Positions 47,228 to 57,901 are shown, counted from the first letter of the stretch. The stretch: DNA of 64,000 nucleotides from Nitrososphaeria archaeon (GCA_029775855.1 JARVJZ010000004.1:1-64000), one strand, 5' to 3'. A program made the numbers and translations. Notes: generated from the sequence alone by a model not told the origin.

Positions 47228-48885
47228 AAGAGACTAGAAAGTTCAAAGTATGCTCTTACAAAAAACTTCATCATCTGATAGGGCTCCATCAAATCGCAGT
47301 TTACGGTAAAGAACCCACGTATAGATGGATTAGTTATACCTATACCAAGCAGAAGCACGCCAGACCTAGACGTTTTACGTATCTTAAAAACAAGTTCGCG
47401 CTCTATACCTGTATACCCAACAGGATACCCATCGGATATAACCATCAAGATCCTGGGTTCAACAGGAAGGGAGGTTAGGGCTTTGGAGCAAACTGAAATC
47501 GCATCTGGCAGAAAGGTAGAGCCACCTTGTAGTAAACCACCGATACGTGCCTTAACATCCATAGAGTACGGTTCGTTGAAGTCCTTAAGAACAAGAAAGT
47601 TGTTATTAAACGCAAATAGACCCCAGAGGTTGCGCTCAGAGAATAGATCTTTTGCCACCTCAGCCAAACATACTGCCAACTTCCTAACTTCGGGTGCTGT
47701 GGAACCAATGCTTTTACTTGCGTCGAGCAGAATAGCCCAGGCTTCACGTTTAAGCACTTTCTCATCTCTTGTGAAGACATCATTTCTTAAACTCCTTGAA
47801 GCTACAACCTGTATCGCGGTCTGCGTATCCAACTGCCCACTTTCGTCACCGCTTACTTCATCTTCAGCCGTCTTTAGCAACCTAAGTTGATTCCTGATAT
47901 TTGCTATAACCCCTGCCAGATTAGCCCTTATACGAAGAAACATCGCATAGTCACCACGTGGGACCACTAAATCCTCAAGTCTCGTGGCGGCGATGATTTT
48001 TTCAAACCGCTCCTTTAGCTTATTTATTTTAACCTCCGCTGCTTCGAATTCTTGCAAGTTTTCTAGTTTCTCATCTCTCAATTCTTCTGCCTTCAAACCT
48101 AAACTACTGAAGCTTCTACGTAAAAGTTCTTGGGATTCATCTATCGAACTCCCTTTGAAAACATTTGTTCTACCATGTGACTCGGTGTAGGGAAAAGAAG
48201 GAATCTCTGTCAACGACCCTCTTCTATATAGAGCGGAATACATAAGTTGTGCGCCTTCTATAAGTTTGTTCTGTTCACCGCTTTCAACTGCCTCGAGCAC
48301 AAGCTCCCTGAGCTTCTTGGTAGTTTTTATCGCTTCTACATCCAGCGGTGTTAAAGAACGCATACTATTCTCTAACCCCCATGCCGCCAACAAGAGAACT
48401 GTAGCGTATCTAAGAGGCTCATCGTAGAGAAGCATATGCTGATTTAGTCGCAGTGCAGAGAGGTAATTAGAGTATGCTATATCATAAAGGATACCAGGGT
48501 GGTTCTTAGCAGCTCTGTATGTTGCGTGTAGGTCTTCAAGAAGTGTCACACAAAATATTGCAGCCTTTGTATCCTTGCCCTTAGCCCAAGACTTGTAAAC
48601 CTCAAAGTTTGAGTACGCTATGTGAATTGCTGCGTGATACAGTGAAGCCTTGAATGTTCTCCATAAATTTGACCAGCCCTCTACATTAGTTTCATAATAC
48701 TCGCCGTGGAGGGTATAAAGGTCGCTTCTTAAGCGCTTTGGAAGAGGTATTTTGACGACATACCCTGCCTCATCAAATGATAATATCGGGTAAGTTAAAT
48801 GTTCATCTAAGATCAACCTTACTTTATCGAAGTCTTTCTGCGCTATGTCTATAAAGGTGTTCCAAGCAAAGTTAAGTATGTTCAT
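47224..48885 (-). CDS. NorD/CbbO-like vWA domain protein
   Basis: C-terminal vWA MIDAS motif (LLDASKS...GGST...ISDGYP); downstream of a NorQ-type ATPase. Confidence 0.85.
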   Translation of the reverse strand: MNILNFAWNTFIDIAQKDFDKVRLILDEHLTYPILSFDEAGYVVKIPLPKRLRSDLYTLHGEYYETNVEGWSNLWRTFKASLYHAAIHIAYSNFEVYKSWAKGKDTKAAIFCVTLLEDLHATYRAAKNHPGILYDIAYSNYLSALRLNQHMLLYDEPLRYATVLLLAAWGLENSMRSLTPLDVEAIKTTKKLRELVLEAVESGEQNKLIEGAQLMYSALYRRGSLTEIPSFPYTESHGRTNVFKGSSIDESQELLRRSFSSLGLKAEELRDEKLENLQEFEAAEVKINKLKERFEKIIAATRLEDLVVPRGDYAMFLRIRANLAGVIANIRNQLRLLKTAEDEVSGDESGQLDTQTAIQVVASRSLRNDVFTRDEKVLKREAWAILLDASKSIGSTAPEVRKLAVCLAEVAKDLFSERNLWGLFAFNNNFLVLKDFNEPYSMDVKARIGGLLQGGSTFLPDAISVCSKALTSLPVEPRILMVISDGYPVGYTGIERELVFKIRKTSRSGVLLLGIGITNPSIRGFFTVNCDLMEPYQMMKFFVRAYFELSSLF

Positions 48886-48901
48886 AGACAGGGTTGCAAC
48901 T

Positions 48902-49885
48902 CTATTTTTTCTTGCTGAAGATCAGCTGCAGCGTTGTTCTAATGCTGTTCTGCACCTCTGCGTCATCTGATGCCACACCTACAATGGTCTCTTCAGCAGC
49001 CACAAGAGGTGGTAACCCATCTGCTATGAGCGTTGCCCAGTTGATTAGGTCTCCCACAGAAGGTGCGTAGGGTAAGTCTCCACTCTTATATCGTCTTCTT
49101 AATTCAGCAGCAGCCCTTACTATACTCTCGGATAATTCTCTTGAAACCTTTGTTCTTTCGCATACAAGATCTATTTCACGCTCTGAAATGTTTGAACCAA
49201 CGCTTAAATAGTCGAAGTTTATCCATACGCTTAGCCTCCTCCTAAAGGCTACGTTAAGAGGCTTTGTCCCGGCAAATTCGACTGAATATGGGTTCATGCT
49301 AATAATTACGTAACCGTATTTATGTCTGGGTATTACCTCGTTGTCTTTTTCTGCCAAGACAAGATGCCCTCTAGTATCTAGGAGTGGGTTAAGGCGTGTT
49401 GCTACATCTTGCTTCATCATATTAGCCTCATCAAGATAGAGAATCCCACCGTGCCTACACCAAGAAACAATCAAGCCGTCTACCCAGTTCTCCTTACCAA
49501 GACCGACAAACCTCCCGAACAAATCATATACAGATGTCTGAAGACTGCAGTTAATCTCCCAAAGAGGTAAACCCGCAATCTTCGCGACCAAGTAAACTAC
49601 ATGTGTCTTGCCAGTTCCACTCGGTCCTATGAGCGCACACTGCTTAAAGTGATAGAGGGCACGCATAAGTCTTTGAACATACCGCTCAGTGTCTACAAAT
49701 TCAGGGACATCTCTTGGCACAAGGTTCTTTAGTGATTCCGGTAGTACGTAGCCGGCGCTAAGATCATATTGTGACACCTCATATTTTGTCTTAAGCCTCC
49801 CTTCACCAACCTTCTGTGTGATGTCAAGCTTTAGGCGAAGCTTAACATTAGCACCCTCGGCCCTAACTACCTTTTCAACACTCAA
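48902..49885 (-). CDS. CbbQ/NirQ/NorQ-type MoxR AAA+ ATPase
   Basis: GPSGTGKT, WVDG, ILYLDEAN, LNPLLD.R, SMNP and LNVAFRRR. Confidence 0.9.
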   Translation of the reverse strand: MSVEKVVRAEGANVKLRLKLDITQKVGEGRLKTKYEVSQYDLSAGYVLPESLKNLVPRDVPEFVDTERYVQRLMRALYHFKQCALIGPSGTGKTHVVYLVAKIAGLPLWEINCSLQTSVYDLFGRFVGLGKENWVDGLIVSWCRHGGILYLDEANMMKQDVATRLNPLLDTRGHLVLAEKDNEVIPRHKYGYVIISMNPYSVEFAGTKPLNVAFRRRLSVWINFDYLSVGSNISEREIDLVCERTKVSRELSESIVRAAAELRRRYKSGDLPYAPSVGDLINWATLIADGLPPLVAAEETIVGVASDDAEVQNSIRTTLQLIFSKKK

Positions 49886-49990
49886 CTTCTTTCTAGTATT
49901 TGAAAACGCTTTAACAGATTAAACATTTATGAATTTAAGATATGTAGCTGAAATCCGTCTAACTTTTAACTCAAGGCTTTGTAGAAGTGG

Positions 49991-50401
49991 ATGATGGAAA
50001 TCATCGTCCTTTTGACAAGCATCCAAGCTACCAGATTATCAGAGGAGACTGATGAAGACGCTGATGTGGTATTCGAAGTAGATGCATCACTCTCTGAAAC
50101 GCGACGTTCATCGGACAAGATGAACATAAGGTTTAAGATAGACCTAGAGACTCAACCACAGATAGCCAAGGTCTCGCTTTCGGGTCTAACAACGATACAG
50201 GGAGAAGCAGATGAGGTGGAAAGGCTGATACACGTACAAGAAAGAAAACCTCCAAAAATATTCATGAAAATCTACCATAGACTTTACCCAACACTCTATC
50301 TACTATGCTGCGCATTAAAGATACCTTGCCCAGGACCAAAGCTTCTAGTAAACACAAACATAGTAGAAGCACAGGAGGTCCCCCAAAACGTTGAATCTTA
50401 G
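49991..50401 (+). CDS. hypothetical protein, possible SecB-like fold
   Basis: Beta-strand-rich N-part followed by a helix and LKIPCP. The fold call is inference. Confidence 0.65.
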   Translation: MMEIIVLLTSIQATRLSEETDEDADVVFEVDASLSETRRSSDKMNIRFKIDLETQPQIAKVSLSGLTTIQGEADEVERLIHVQERKPPKIFMKIYHRLYPTLYLLCCALKIPCPGPKLLVNTNIVEAQEVPQNVES

Positions 50402-50541
50402 AAAAGATTTGAGCAAAGTTCTTACCTTTAAAGCTAGATTATTACTCAATATTGCTCAAAAAGACTCAAAATTTAGAAGCCAGTTATTAATCTTTAACAC
50501 ACAACTATTATATAATATTCCGTACAAGAATTAGAGGTAGA

Positions 50542-50757
50542 GTGATGATGGACCCGGTTTATGAATGTAGGATTTGCTTGAAGGAGTTTCAAGGTAAAAA
50601 TAATTTAGTTGAGCATTTGAGGACAGAGCATGAAGTTCTTGAGATCGTTTCCTATGCCGCTACGACTATGATAAGTGAGCAAGAACGAGACAAGATCGCT
50701 ATGGAGTATTATAGGCAGCTCGAGCATATCAAGAAGGAGTTAAGAGGACAGGCCTAG
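50542..50757 (+). CDS. small C2H2 zinc-finger protein
   Basis: YECRICLKEF...NLVEHLRTEH; GAGGT element upstream. Confidence 0.8.
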   Translation: MMMDPVYECRICLKEFQGKNNLVEHLRTEHEVLEIVSYAATTMISEQERDKIAMEYYRQLEHIKKELRGQA

Positions 50758-50820
50758 GCCCCAATTATATATTTCGTATTCATAAATCTTATAGTTAACT
50801 CAAACTAGATTCTGATAGAC

Positions 50821-53811
50821 TTGAGAAACTCTTTCAGAAGAAGCATGCTCATTTTATCTCTACTATTACTGCAGGGCACCTTACTTATCACAATGCTGGA
50901 TATGAACGTGACCGCTCAAAACGAAGTGCTCACAACAGCAAGTCGATATAGGCTTGAGCTCACACTACCTATGCCTTATGTGCCAGCAGACGGCAAAACC
51001 TATCCCCTTATCCTACAGGTAGTAAATAATGACGGGCAACCTAGATTTCTCTCAAAAGATATCGTCGTTCAATTATCGTCTTCAAACATCACAGTTGGCT
51101 ACACTGAGCCAACGGCTGTACTGAAAGCTGGGGAATCATCGAGGGTAGTAGCCTTTAAGTCTACCTTCAACATAGGCTACACAAACATCACAGCTTCAGC
51201 GGGTGGTCTATTAAGCAGCACCACAACAGTAAGAACAGTCGGCATAAGCGGTGCTCCTGCAAAGCTCTCGGCGCAAGTTCTACCTAGTAGACCGTTAGCG
51301 AAAGCTGGAACAAAAGCAATAATAGTTGTAGAGATCTTAGATGGAAACGGTCTACCAGCACGCGCCGCTGAAGATCTTAACATATCACTTTTCTCTAGCA
51401 AAACTAGCATAGGGATAACCGATTCAACGCTTACTATACGTAGGAACAGCACATTTGGCACAGCGTATTTCTACCCAACAAACCAACCGGGCGTAACTGA
51501 AGTTAAGGCAGTTGCTTCAGGACTAAAATCCACTTCAATTGAAGTTACAACAGTTGCATATAATCCGAATAGGCTTGCTGTGTATCTGCTTCCGCCAATA
51601 TTACCTAAACAGAGTAAAGGTATTCTAATAGTCCAGATTCAAGACTCGTATGGCAGACCTCAAGTCGCAACCAAAGATGTTAAGGTTATTCTTACCTCTA
51701 ATGACACCAATACCGCGCTACTCGATGCAAACTTTCTAATTATACCTCAAGGGATGAGTTATGGAAGCGCTGAGATTACTACGGGCAATATCAGCGGTGC
51801 AGCCACGATATACGCATCAGCTCAAGGATATCGAAGCTCTAGTTCTACACTTTTGGTTAGAGAGATCCACGAAGCTAGAAATGGGCGGCTTCTACTCTCT
51901 TCTGTACCTAAGCTTATCGCAGATGGACAGGTTCATACCACAGTATCAGTAATCATGATGGACGATAACTTAACAAACCCTGTTAGACCTTCTTACCCTA
52001 CACAAATCTATCTAACTTCAAGCAACACGAAGATAGGTGTAGTTAGTGAAATCGTGTTGAACAAAAACGGATATGTTTACGCTAATTTTACGTGCAACAC
52101 ATCTGGTAACACAACCATCACCGCGACTGCGGACAACTTCGATGGTGATGGAGGTGTGGTATCGGTCGTGGAGAGAGTGAACTTCAAATTAAATATACAA
52201 GTCTGCCCATCCCTTATACCTATAGATTCACCTTACAAACCAATAGTTTTAGTGGAGATGCAGAATGCTCACGGCGAACCCACAGAAGCACCAACAGATG
52301 TTGAAATAAAGCTGTATTCATCAAATACCAAAGTCGGCTACGTTGAAGAATCTCTAACGATCAAGAAGTCTGAAAGCATAGGCATATCCTTCCTAAATTT
52401 ATCTTCAGAGCTCGGCAACACTACATTAACAGCCGCGGCACCTAACTTCATCGCTGCATCAACCAGCATATCAACATTTAGAGCCGGCCCTTCTACAACA
52501 TCTCTAAATATAGAGCCCTCAATCACAATAGCCGACGGCTCAACCATCCAAAATGTGTTCATTATGCTGCAAGATATGTTCGGATACCCTGCTAAAGCGC
52601 TGAACGACATCGAAATTAAGATTTCAACATCCAACGAGGTGATAGGCACCCTGCCAACCTCTTTGACTATACATAAAGACAATACTTGGATCACAACTTG
52701 GTTCACAAAGAGCAACATACAGGGCTCAACACAGATAACGGTACACGCTGAAGGTCTCCAATCCTCCACCAAGACTTTATCCACTATACTGCTTGACTTG
52801 AATCAGACTCTCTTTGCGCAAACGACTAAAATCTATGCAAACGACAAACTCGCCATCTACAGTAGCATACAATTTGAAGGATACCCTGTTAGCGGCGCCG
52901 ATGTTGAATGGTCAACTACAGGAAATCTGTTAGATGTGGTGTCAAAAAGCGATGCTGAAGGCGTTGCAAAGGCGATATTTACTTCACCTATAGAAGGTGA
53001 ATACACAGTGAAGGCCATCGTATCTAAAGCTGGTTTCAAGGTAACCGAAAGCAGTATTAAAGTATTAGTCAAACCGCGTTCACTTTATGTTGAAGTGAAA
53101 GCGCCAACAGAAGTACGCACATTTGAGGAGTCTGAAATCTCTATTAAAGTTTTGGAAGACGGTAGACCTATAGAAGGTACTGCTGTGAACTTTAAGCCTT
53201 CACAAGGCCTTCTAAGGATATTGAATAACATTACAGATGCGCAAGGGCTCGCGAAAGCCATCTTCAGCTGCAGCGAGCCTTTAAATGCAATAATACATTA
53301 TACAGTCAAAAAGACTGGCTACGTGGTTTACAATGGAAGCTTGATCATCAACGTTAAACCTCAACCTCTAACCATAGCATTGAATACCAACGCGTCGGTA
53401 ATTGATGTTAACAACGCACTCGAAGTCACAGCATCTGTAACAAGCAAGGCCGGGGCTGTGGAAGGCGTAAAACTCAATTGGAACGTAATTGGTGGAACCA
53501 TAGTTACCAAGAGTGATGTGACAGATGCACAAGGTAGAGGGAGGCTTATTCTTAGAGGTGAAGATGCAGGTAAAGTGTCGATAGATGTTACTGCAGCGAA
53601 AAAAGGCTACAGTTCAACTATGGCATCTATAAACGTTGAAATTCTTCCTCTACCGCTTTACCAATCTATTGCTACATTCTCATTCTGGCAGAAGAACCCT
53701 TTAGCTGCTTCGATGGTTGCAGTCCTTGCTATAGTCTGCGTCTTTTTAGTTAGAATGTTAAAAAAGAGGGCGGATGCTACAAAGCAGGATGAGTTAGAGC
53801 TTATAGGGTAA
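50821..53811 (+). CDS. large cell-surface protein with tandem Ig-like (Big/invasin-type) repeats and C-terminal TM anchor
   Basis: Signal peptide; ~5 repeats of ADG...IxVxxxDxxGxP...LxSSN..VG; three (T/S)DA(Q/E)G-type domains; C-terminal TM followed by KKR. Confidence 0.88.
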   Translation: MRNSFRRSMLILSLLLLQGTLLITMLDMNVTAQNEVLTTASRYRLELTLPMPYVPADGKTYPLILQVVNNDGQPRFLSKDIVVQLSSSNITVGYTEPTAVLKAGESSRVVAFKSTFNIGYTNITASAGGLLSSTTTVRTVGISGAPAKLSAQVLPSRPLAKAGTKAIIVVEILDGNGLPARAAEDLNISLFSSKTSIGITDSTLTIRRNSTFGTAYFYPTNQPGVTEVKAVASGLKSTSIEVTTVAYNPNRLAVYLLPPILPKQSKGILIVQIQDSYGRPQVATKDVKVILTSNDTNTALLDANFLIIPQGMSYGSAEITTGNISGAATIYASAQGYRSSSSTLLVREIHEARNGRLLLSSVPKLIADGQVHTTVSVIMMDDNLTNPVRPSYPTQIYLTSSNTKIGVVSEIVLNKNGYVYANFTCNTSGNTTITATADNFDGDGGVVSVVERVNFKLNIQVCPSLIPIDSPYKPIVLVEMQNAHGEPTEAPTDVEIKLYSSNTKVGYVEESLTIKKSESIGISFLNLSSELGNTTLTAAAPNFIAASTSISTFRAGPSTTSLNIEPSITIADGSTIQNVFIMLQDMFGYPAKALNDIEIKISTSNEVIGTLPTSLTIHKDNTWITTWFTKSNIQGSTQITVHAEGLQSSTKTLSTILLDLNQTLFAQTTKIYANDKLAIYSSIQFEGYPVSGADVEWSTTGNLLDVVSKSDAEGVAKAIFTSPIEGEYTVKAIVSKAGFKVTESSIKVLVKPRSLYVEVKAPTEVRTFEESEISIKVLEDGRPIEGTAVNFKPSQGLLRILNNITDAQGLAKAIFSCSEPLNAIIHYTVKKTGYVVYNGSLIINVKPQPLTIALNTNASVIDVNNALEVTASVTSKAGAVEGVKLNWNVIGGTIVTKSDVTDAQGRGRLILRGEDAGKVSIDVTAAKKGYSSTMASINVEILPLPLYQSIATFSFWQKNPLAASMVAVLAIVCVFLVRMLKKRADATKQDELELIG

Positions 53812-53854
53812 TATAATTTATTTTCTACTATCTGCGAGTGGGCAAAAGTTATAT

Positions 53855-54214
53855 GTGACCCCTAGCTGTCTAAAGGGTAAATTGGCTGTCTCTAAAAAAA
53901 GTCATATCCGGTTAATATTGGGTTCAGTTGCAATATTTATCGTCGCTTTTCTGTTATTCATTTTGCTCTGGTATTTTATTCTGCTAATGGCGCCAACAAT
54001 CCTTTCAATGTTCACAGGGGTTACAGAAGTCGGTAGACCTACAGGTGGGACTATTGAGATTCTTAAGCTACAGGAGCAGCTAAGTGTGGTTGTTTTACGG
54101 TGGGGACTTATCCCTATATTCATAGGTGGCTTAGGAGATCTAACACCCTACTATGTTGGATATGGTATTATAGTGGCGCTTCTTCTTGTTTGGCGTGCAA
54201 AGAAGAGGTGGTGA
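53855..54214 (+). CDS. small membrane protein
   Basis: Hydrophobic segments; follows the surface-protein gene. Confidence 0.65.
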   Translation: MTPSCLKGKLAVSKKSHIRLILGSVAIFIVAFLLFILLWYFILLMAPTILSMFTGVTEVGRPTGGTIEILKLQEQLSVVVLRWGLIPIFIGGLGDLTPYYVGYGIIVALLLVWRAKKRW

Positions 54215-54438
54215 ACCTGTTGAATGTATCGACGATTCGGAACATATGGGCTGTTTTTGGCGCTATATGGTTCGTAATATTCTTTACATTAACCTTTGTC
54301 AAGGAGCTTATGGAGCCTATGGCGATTATAGCTGCAATCAGCCTCTACGCTGGAATGATTCTAGCAGCCTTCACAGTAGTTTACTTAGCATATACCTTGA
54401 TTAGAAGGTTGTTAAAGGGAAGCAGAAAAGGAGGCTAA
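54211..54438 (+). CDS. small two-TM membrane protein
   Basis: GTGA start/stop overlap with the previous ORF; two hydrophobic helices and a basic tail. It is the 3' part of ORF 54100-54438. Confidence 0.6.
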   Translation: MNLLNVSTIRNIWAVFGAIWFVIFFTLTFVKELMEPMAIIAAISLYAGMILAAFTVVYLAYTLIRRLLKGSRKGG

Positions 54439-54920
54439 GTTATCACAACTACAGCTGGCGCCTGTGAACCAGACTCTATTGCTTCATTGTAGTTGGGTAT
54501 GTAGTAAGCCACTAAACCTTGAGAAGGCTTATTCCCTTTGATAAGCAGAATCTGAAAGTCTTCGCCTACTTCAAACGAAGAGATCGTGCTTGTCACAACT
54601 CTTGCGTCAATAAGTAGGCTATTTTGGTTTAGAAACTTGTAGCCGCCCGTAAATATAAACGACACCTCATATTCTTGCCACACCCCGCGGATAAGGTATG
54701 ATGCTTTGTGGAAACCACTCCCCTTTGCAACTCCGTCATGTATTAATCCCGAGCCTTGCCAAGTGTTAAAGGCAACTCCTCCGCCTGGTATGCCAAATGT
54801 ATGTCGAGCTGAAAATAGGAAGCTATGCTGGTTTTGCTGCGCAACAACCTGAGCTAAGGGCAGCATCAAAAATAAGAGTGAAATAGTTACCGTGGTAAAC
54901 AAGAAGTATCGACTCATCAA
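54435..54920 (-). CDS. secreted hypothetical protein
   Basis: Signal peptide ending LAQVVA; beta-rich mature part; GAGAGG upstream. Confidence 0.7.
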   Translation of the reverse strand: MMSRYFLFTTVTISLLFLMLPLAQVVAQQNQHSFLFSARHTFGIPGGGVAFNTWQGSGLIHDGVAKGSGFHKASYLIRGVWQEYEVSFIFTGGYKFLNQNSLLIDARVVTSTISSFEVGEDFQILLIKGNKPSQGLVAYYIPNYNEAIESGSQAPAVVVIT

Positions 54921-55004
54921 TAATATTATCCTCTCTCTTTCATTTAAGCTTTGAAGAGTGGCTACTTATCTTACTATTCTTATTAGTAATAAGAGAGCGA
55001 ATAA

Positions 55005-55036
55005 GTATACATCTTGTTCATTTGCAAGATGTATAC
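55005..55036. repeat. perfect 12-8-12 inverted repeat GTATACATCTTG-N8-CAAGATGTATAC
   Basis: Read directly in the intergenic sequence. Confidence 0.9.
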
Positions 55037-55507
55037 AAAAAGTTTGAGCCTTGACTTTTATGATTAAGCACCTTAAAGGGTTTGGGAATAAACCTAGATC
55101 TACAAAGGTTTTTAACCCCTTTTTATATTCGACGATGTACTTTGTCTTTCTGGTAAGTTTAGCTACTGCTTATTTAGCTTCAGATGCACATAAATCTAGG
55201 TCCATTATGTTTAGGCTATTGATGGTGATAGTTTATTATAGCTGTTTGCTTGATGGTAATCTTTGGTTGTGGCACCAACCTCTTTTGCGCCTAATGGTAG
55301 TAGGTGATATTAATCTATACATTAGGAGGGAGGGGTTAGTCCTCAGAGGTGTTTATGCTAATTTATCACTGGATGACAACTCTGCTTACCCTTCTTAGTT
55401 AAGTAATTTTGAGGCTTGTAGGAGCATGGTCTAGCTAAAGAAATACCTAACTACTAATTGACGATACTTTTAATAAGTTTAGTATGGTATTAGGGGAAGG
55501 AGGGTAG

Positions 55508-56764
55508 GTGATGACTTCTTCTTTTGAAAATATCTCCCCTTCGTCTGATTCTTCTCTGCTTACGATTGAGGACCTTGACTTAAGTGGTAAGACGGTTGTT
55601 CTAAGGGTAGATATAAACACGCCTATAGACCCAAAGACGCTGAAGCTACTTGAGCTAAATAGAATAATGGAAGCAGCGGTTACGATAAAAGATCTTTCAA
55701 ATTCTAAGGTAGTAGTTATGTCTCATCAAGGGCGAGTTGGTCGATATGATTACATACCCTTAGAGCAGCACGCAGAGGCTCTATCTAAAGTGCTTGGCAA
55801 AGAGGTTAAATTCGTAGACGATGTATTTGGTCCAGCTGCGCGTGAGGCAATATCATCTCTCCAAGATAACCAAGTGCTGCTGCTTGATAATCTAAGGTTT
55901 ACCGCTGAGGAGAATGTGGAGTATACACCTGAGGCCGCGGCAAATACTTATCTTGTTAGAAAGTTAGCGCCTTTGTTTGATGCATGTGTGCTGGATGCTT
56001 TTCCAACAGCCCACAGATCAAGCCCTTCAATAGTAGGTTTTGCTGAAGTTTTACCTACTTGCGGGGGTAGGCTTATTGTGAAAGAGCTTAAGACGCTTAA
56101 TAGAATTCTTAAAGTCGCAAAGGGCCCATATGTCGCTGTTCTAGGGGGGGCTAAAGTATCTGACCGAATCGAAGCTGTAGAGACGTTAATCAGCAATAAA
56201 AGAGCGGATAAGGTTCTTTTATGCGGATTATTAGCGAACGTCTTTTTACGTGCAGTAGGCAAGCTCCGTATGCCGCTGGGGATAGATAAGGAGGAGCAGT
56301 ATGTAAAGAAGGCCCATACTCTCCTCGACGAATACCCTGATGTATTTGAGTTCCCCTCTGATGTTGCTGTTGAGAGGAGCGGTGAAAGAGTTGAAGTTCG
56401 ACTAGAAGATCTTAGGGAAGATGAAGCTGTTTACGATATAGGGCATAAAACTGTTGAAAACTACTCTAAGATTATACGCGGTGCAGGAACAGTATTCATG
56501 AGCGGGCCCCCAGGCTTTTTCGAGAAAGAAGGGTTCGGCTACGGTACCGAGTCGCTCCTTAGGTCTATGGCTTCATCCTTTGCTACGACTATTGTGAGCG
56601 GTGGTCATCTGAGCGCAGCGCTGCAAAAGTTTGGTATTAAGGAGTGGATTGACCACGTCAGTACGGCTGGTGGTGCGCTGGTGCTTTATTTGGCTGGTAA
56701 AAGGTTGCCCTTGATAGAAGCCTTATATAAGGCTGCGAGGCGTTGGCAGGCTAGTAGTAGGTAG
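55508..56764 (+). CDS. pgk: phosphoglycerate kinase
   Basis: LRVDINTP, SHQGR, LLDNLRF, DAFPTAHR, LGGAKVSD and HVSTAGGA. Confidence 0.97.
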   Translation: MMTSSFENISPSSDSSLLTIEDLDLSGKTVVLRVDINTPIDPKTLKLLELNRIMEAAVTIKDLSNSKVVVMSHQGRVGRYDYIPLEQHAEALSKVLGKEVKFVDDVFGPAAREAISSLQDNQVLLLDNLRFTAEENVEYTPEAAANTYLVRKLAPLFDACVLDAFPTAHRSSPSIVGFAEVLPTCGGRLIVKELKTLNRILKVAKGPYVAVLGGAKVSDRIEAVETLISNKRADKVLLCGLLANVFLRAVGKLRMPLGIDKEEQYVKKAHTLLDEYPDVFEFPSDVAVERSGERVEVRLEDLREDEAVYDIGHKTVENYSKIIRGAGTVFMSGPPGFFEKEGFGYGTESLLRSMASSFATTIVSGGHLSAALQKFGIKEWIDHVSTAGGALVLYLAGKRLPLIEALYKAARRWQASSR

Positions 56765-56769
56765 AAGGG

Positions 56770-57801
56770 TTGGGTATGAAGGTTAAGGTTGCTATTAACG
56801 GGTATGGTGTGATAGGGCGTAGAGTTGCAGACGCGGTAGCAAAGCAGGATGATATGGAGCTTGTAGGTGTATGTAAGGTAAGTCCAGACTATAAGGCGCT
56901 CTTCGCTTTGAATAAAGGCTATAAGGTCTTTGCCGCGGATGAGAAGGGTATAGAGAAGTTCCGCAAGATGGGTATAAGTGTTGCTGGTACAGTATCAGAT
57001 ATGGTAAGAGAAGCAGATATTATAGTAGATGCTACACCCGGAGATGTAGGACCGCAGAATAAGGAGATGTACGCTAAATCTTCTAAGAAAGCTATCTTTC
57101 AAGGCGGTGAAGAGCATGAGTTAACAGGCTTCTCATTTGTTGCGCAGTGCAACTATAATCAAGCTTTGGGTAGGCAGTTTGTCAGAGTTGTCTCGTGCAA
57201 CACAACGGGGTTATGTAGGGCCTTAAACGCTCTTGACAATGGTTTTGGTGTTGAGAAGGCTAGGGTTGTTATAGCTAGGAGAGCTGCTGATCCTGATGAG
57301 ATTGGGCGTGGACCTATAGATGCGGTTGTGCTTGACCCTGTGACTCTACCTTCCCACCACGGCCCAGATGTGAAGACTGTTCTTCCACACATAAACATAA
57401 CCACAATGGCATTGAAGGTGCCTACTACTCACATGCATCTGCACAGCCTTATTGTGCAGCTAAAGGATAAGAGCGTTTCTGTTGATAAGGTTAAAGAAGT
57501 CTTCCGGCGTACACCTAGAATTCTGCTTGTTAGCAGTAAGTTGGGAATAAAGTCTACGGCACACGCATATGATGTTGGGCGAGAGATTGGGCGTGAGAGA
57601 AGTGACCTATTTGAAAACATAATCTGGGAGGATTCAATTACTGTAGAGGATTCTGACCTCTACTTATTTATGGGTGTGCATCAAGAAGCTATCGTTGTGC
57701 CAGAAAATATAGATGCTATAAGGGCTATGTTCAACCTTGAATCAGCTGAAAAATCTATAGAGAAGACTAACAAGACTTTGGGAGTGAAGTCATCCATCTA
57801 A
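56770..57801 (+). CDS. gap: archaeal type II glyceraldehyde-3-phosphate dehydrogenase
   Basis: INGYGVIGRRVADA, FQGGE, VVSCNTTGL and HQEAIVVPENIDAIRAM. Confidence 0.97.
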   Translation: MGMKVKVAINGYGVIGRRVADAVAKQDDMELVGVCKVSPDYKALFALNKGYKVFAADEKGIEKFRKMGISVAGTVSDMVREADIIVDATPGDVGPQNKEMYAKSSKKAIFQGGEEHELTGFSFVAQCNYNQALGRQFVRVVSCNTTGLCRALNALDNGFGVEKARVVIARRAADPDEIGRGPIDAVVLDPVTLPSHHGPDVKTVLPHINITTMALKVPTTHMHLHSLIVQLKDKSVSVDKVKEVFRRTPRILLVSSKLGIKSTAHAYDVGREIGRERSDLFENIIWEDSITVEDSDLYLFMGVHQEAIVVPENIDAIRAMFNLESAEKSIEKTNKTLGVKSSI

Positions 57802-57901
57802 TAGCGCTAACCTTCAAACCGCATAGTTAATTCACAGCTCCAAATAGGCTAGAGCGGGAAAGTTTTATAAGAGAAAACGGTGGAGGCTGCTCAATAGAGC
57901 A

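Noticed and set aside
55051-55398. 115-aa ORF upstream of pgk
   Set aside because: TTG start, no recognisable motifs, and it overlaps palindromic, probably regulatory sequence; likely spurious.
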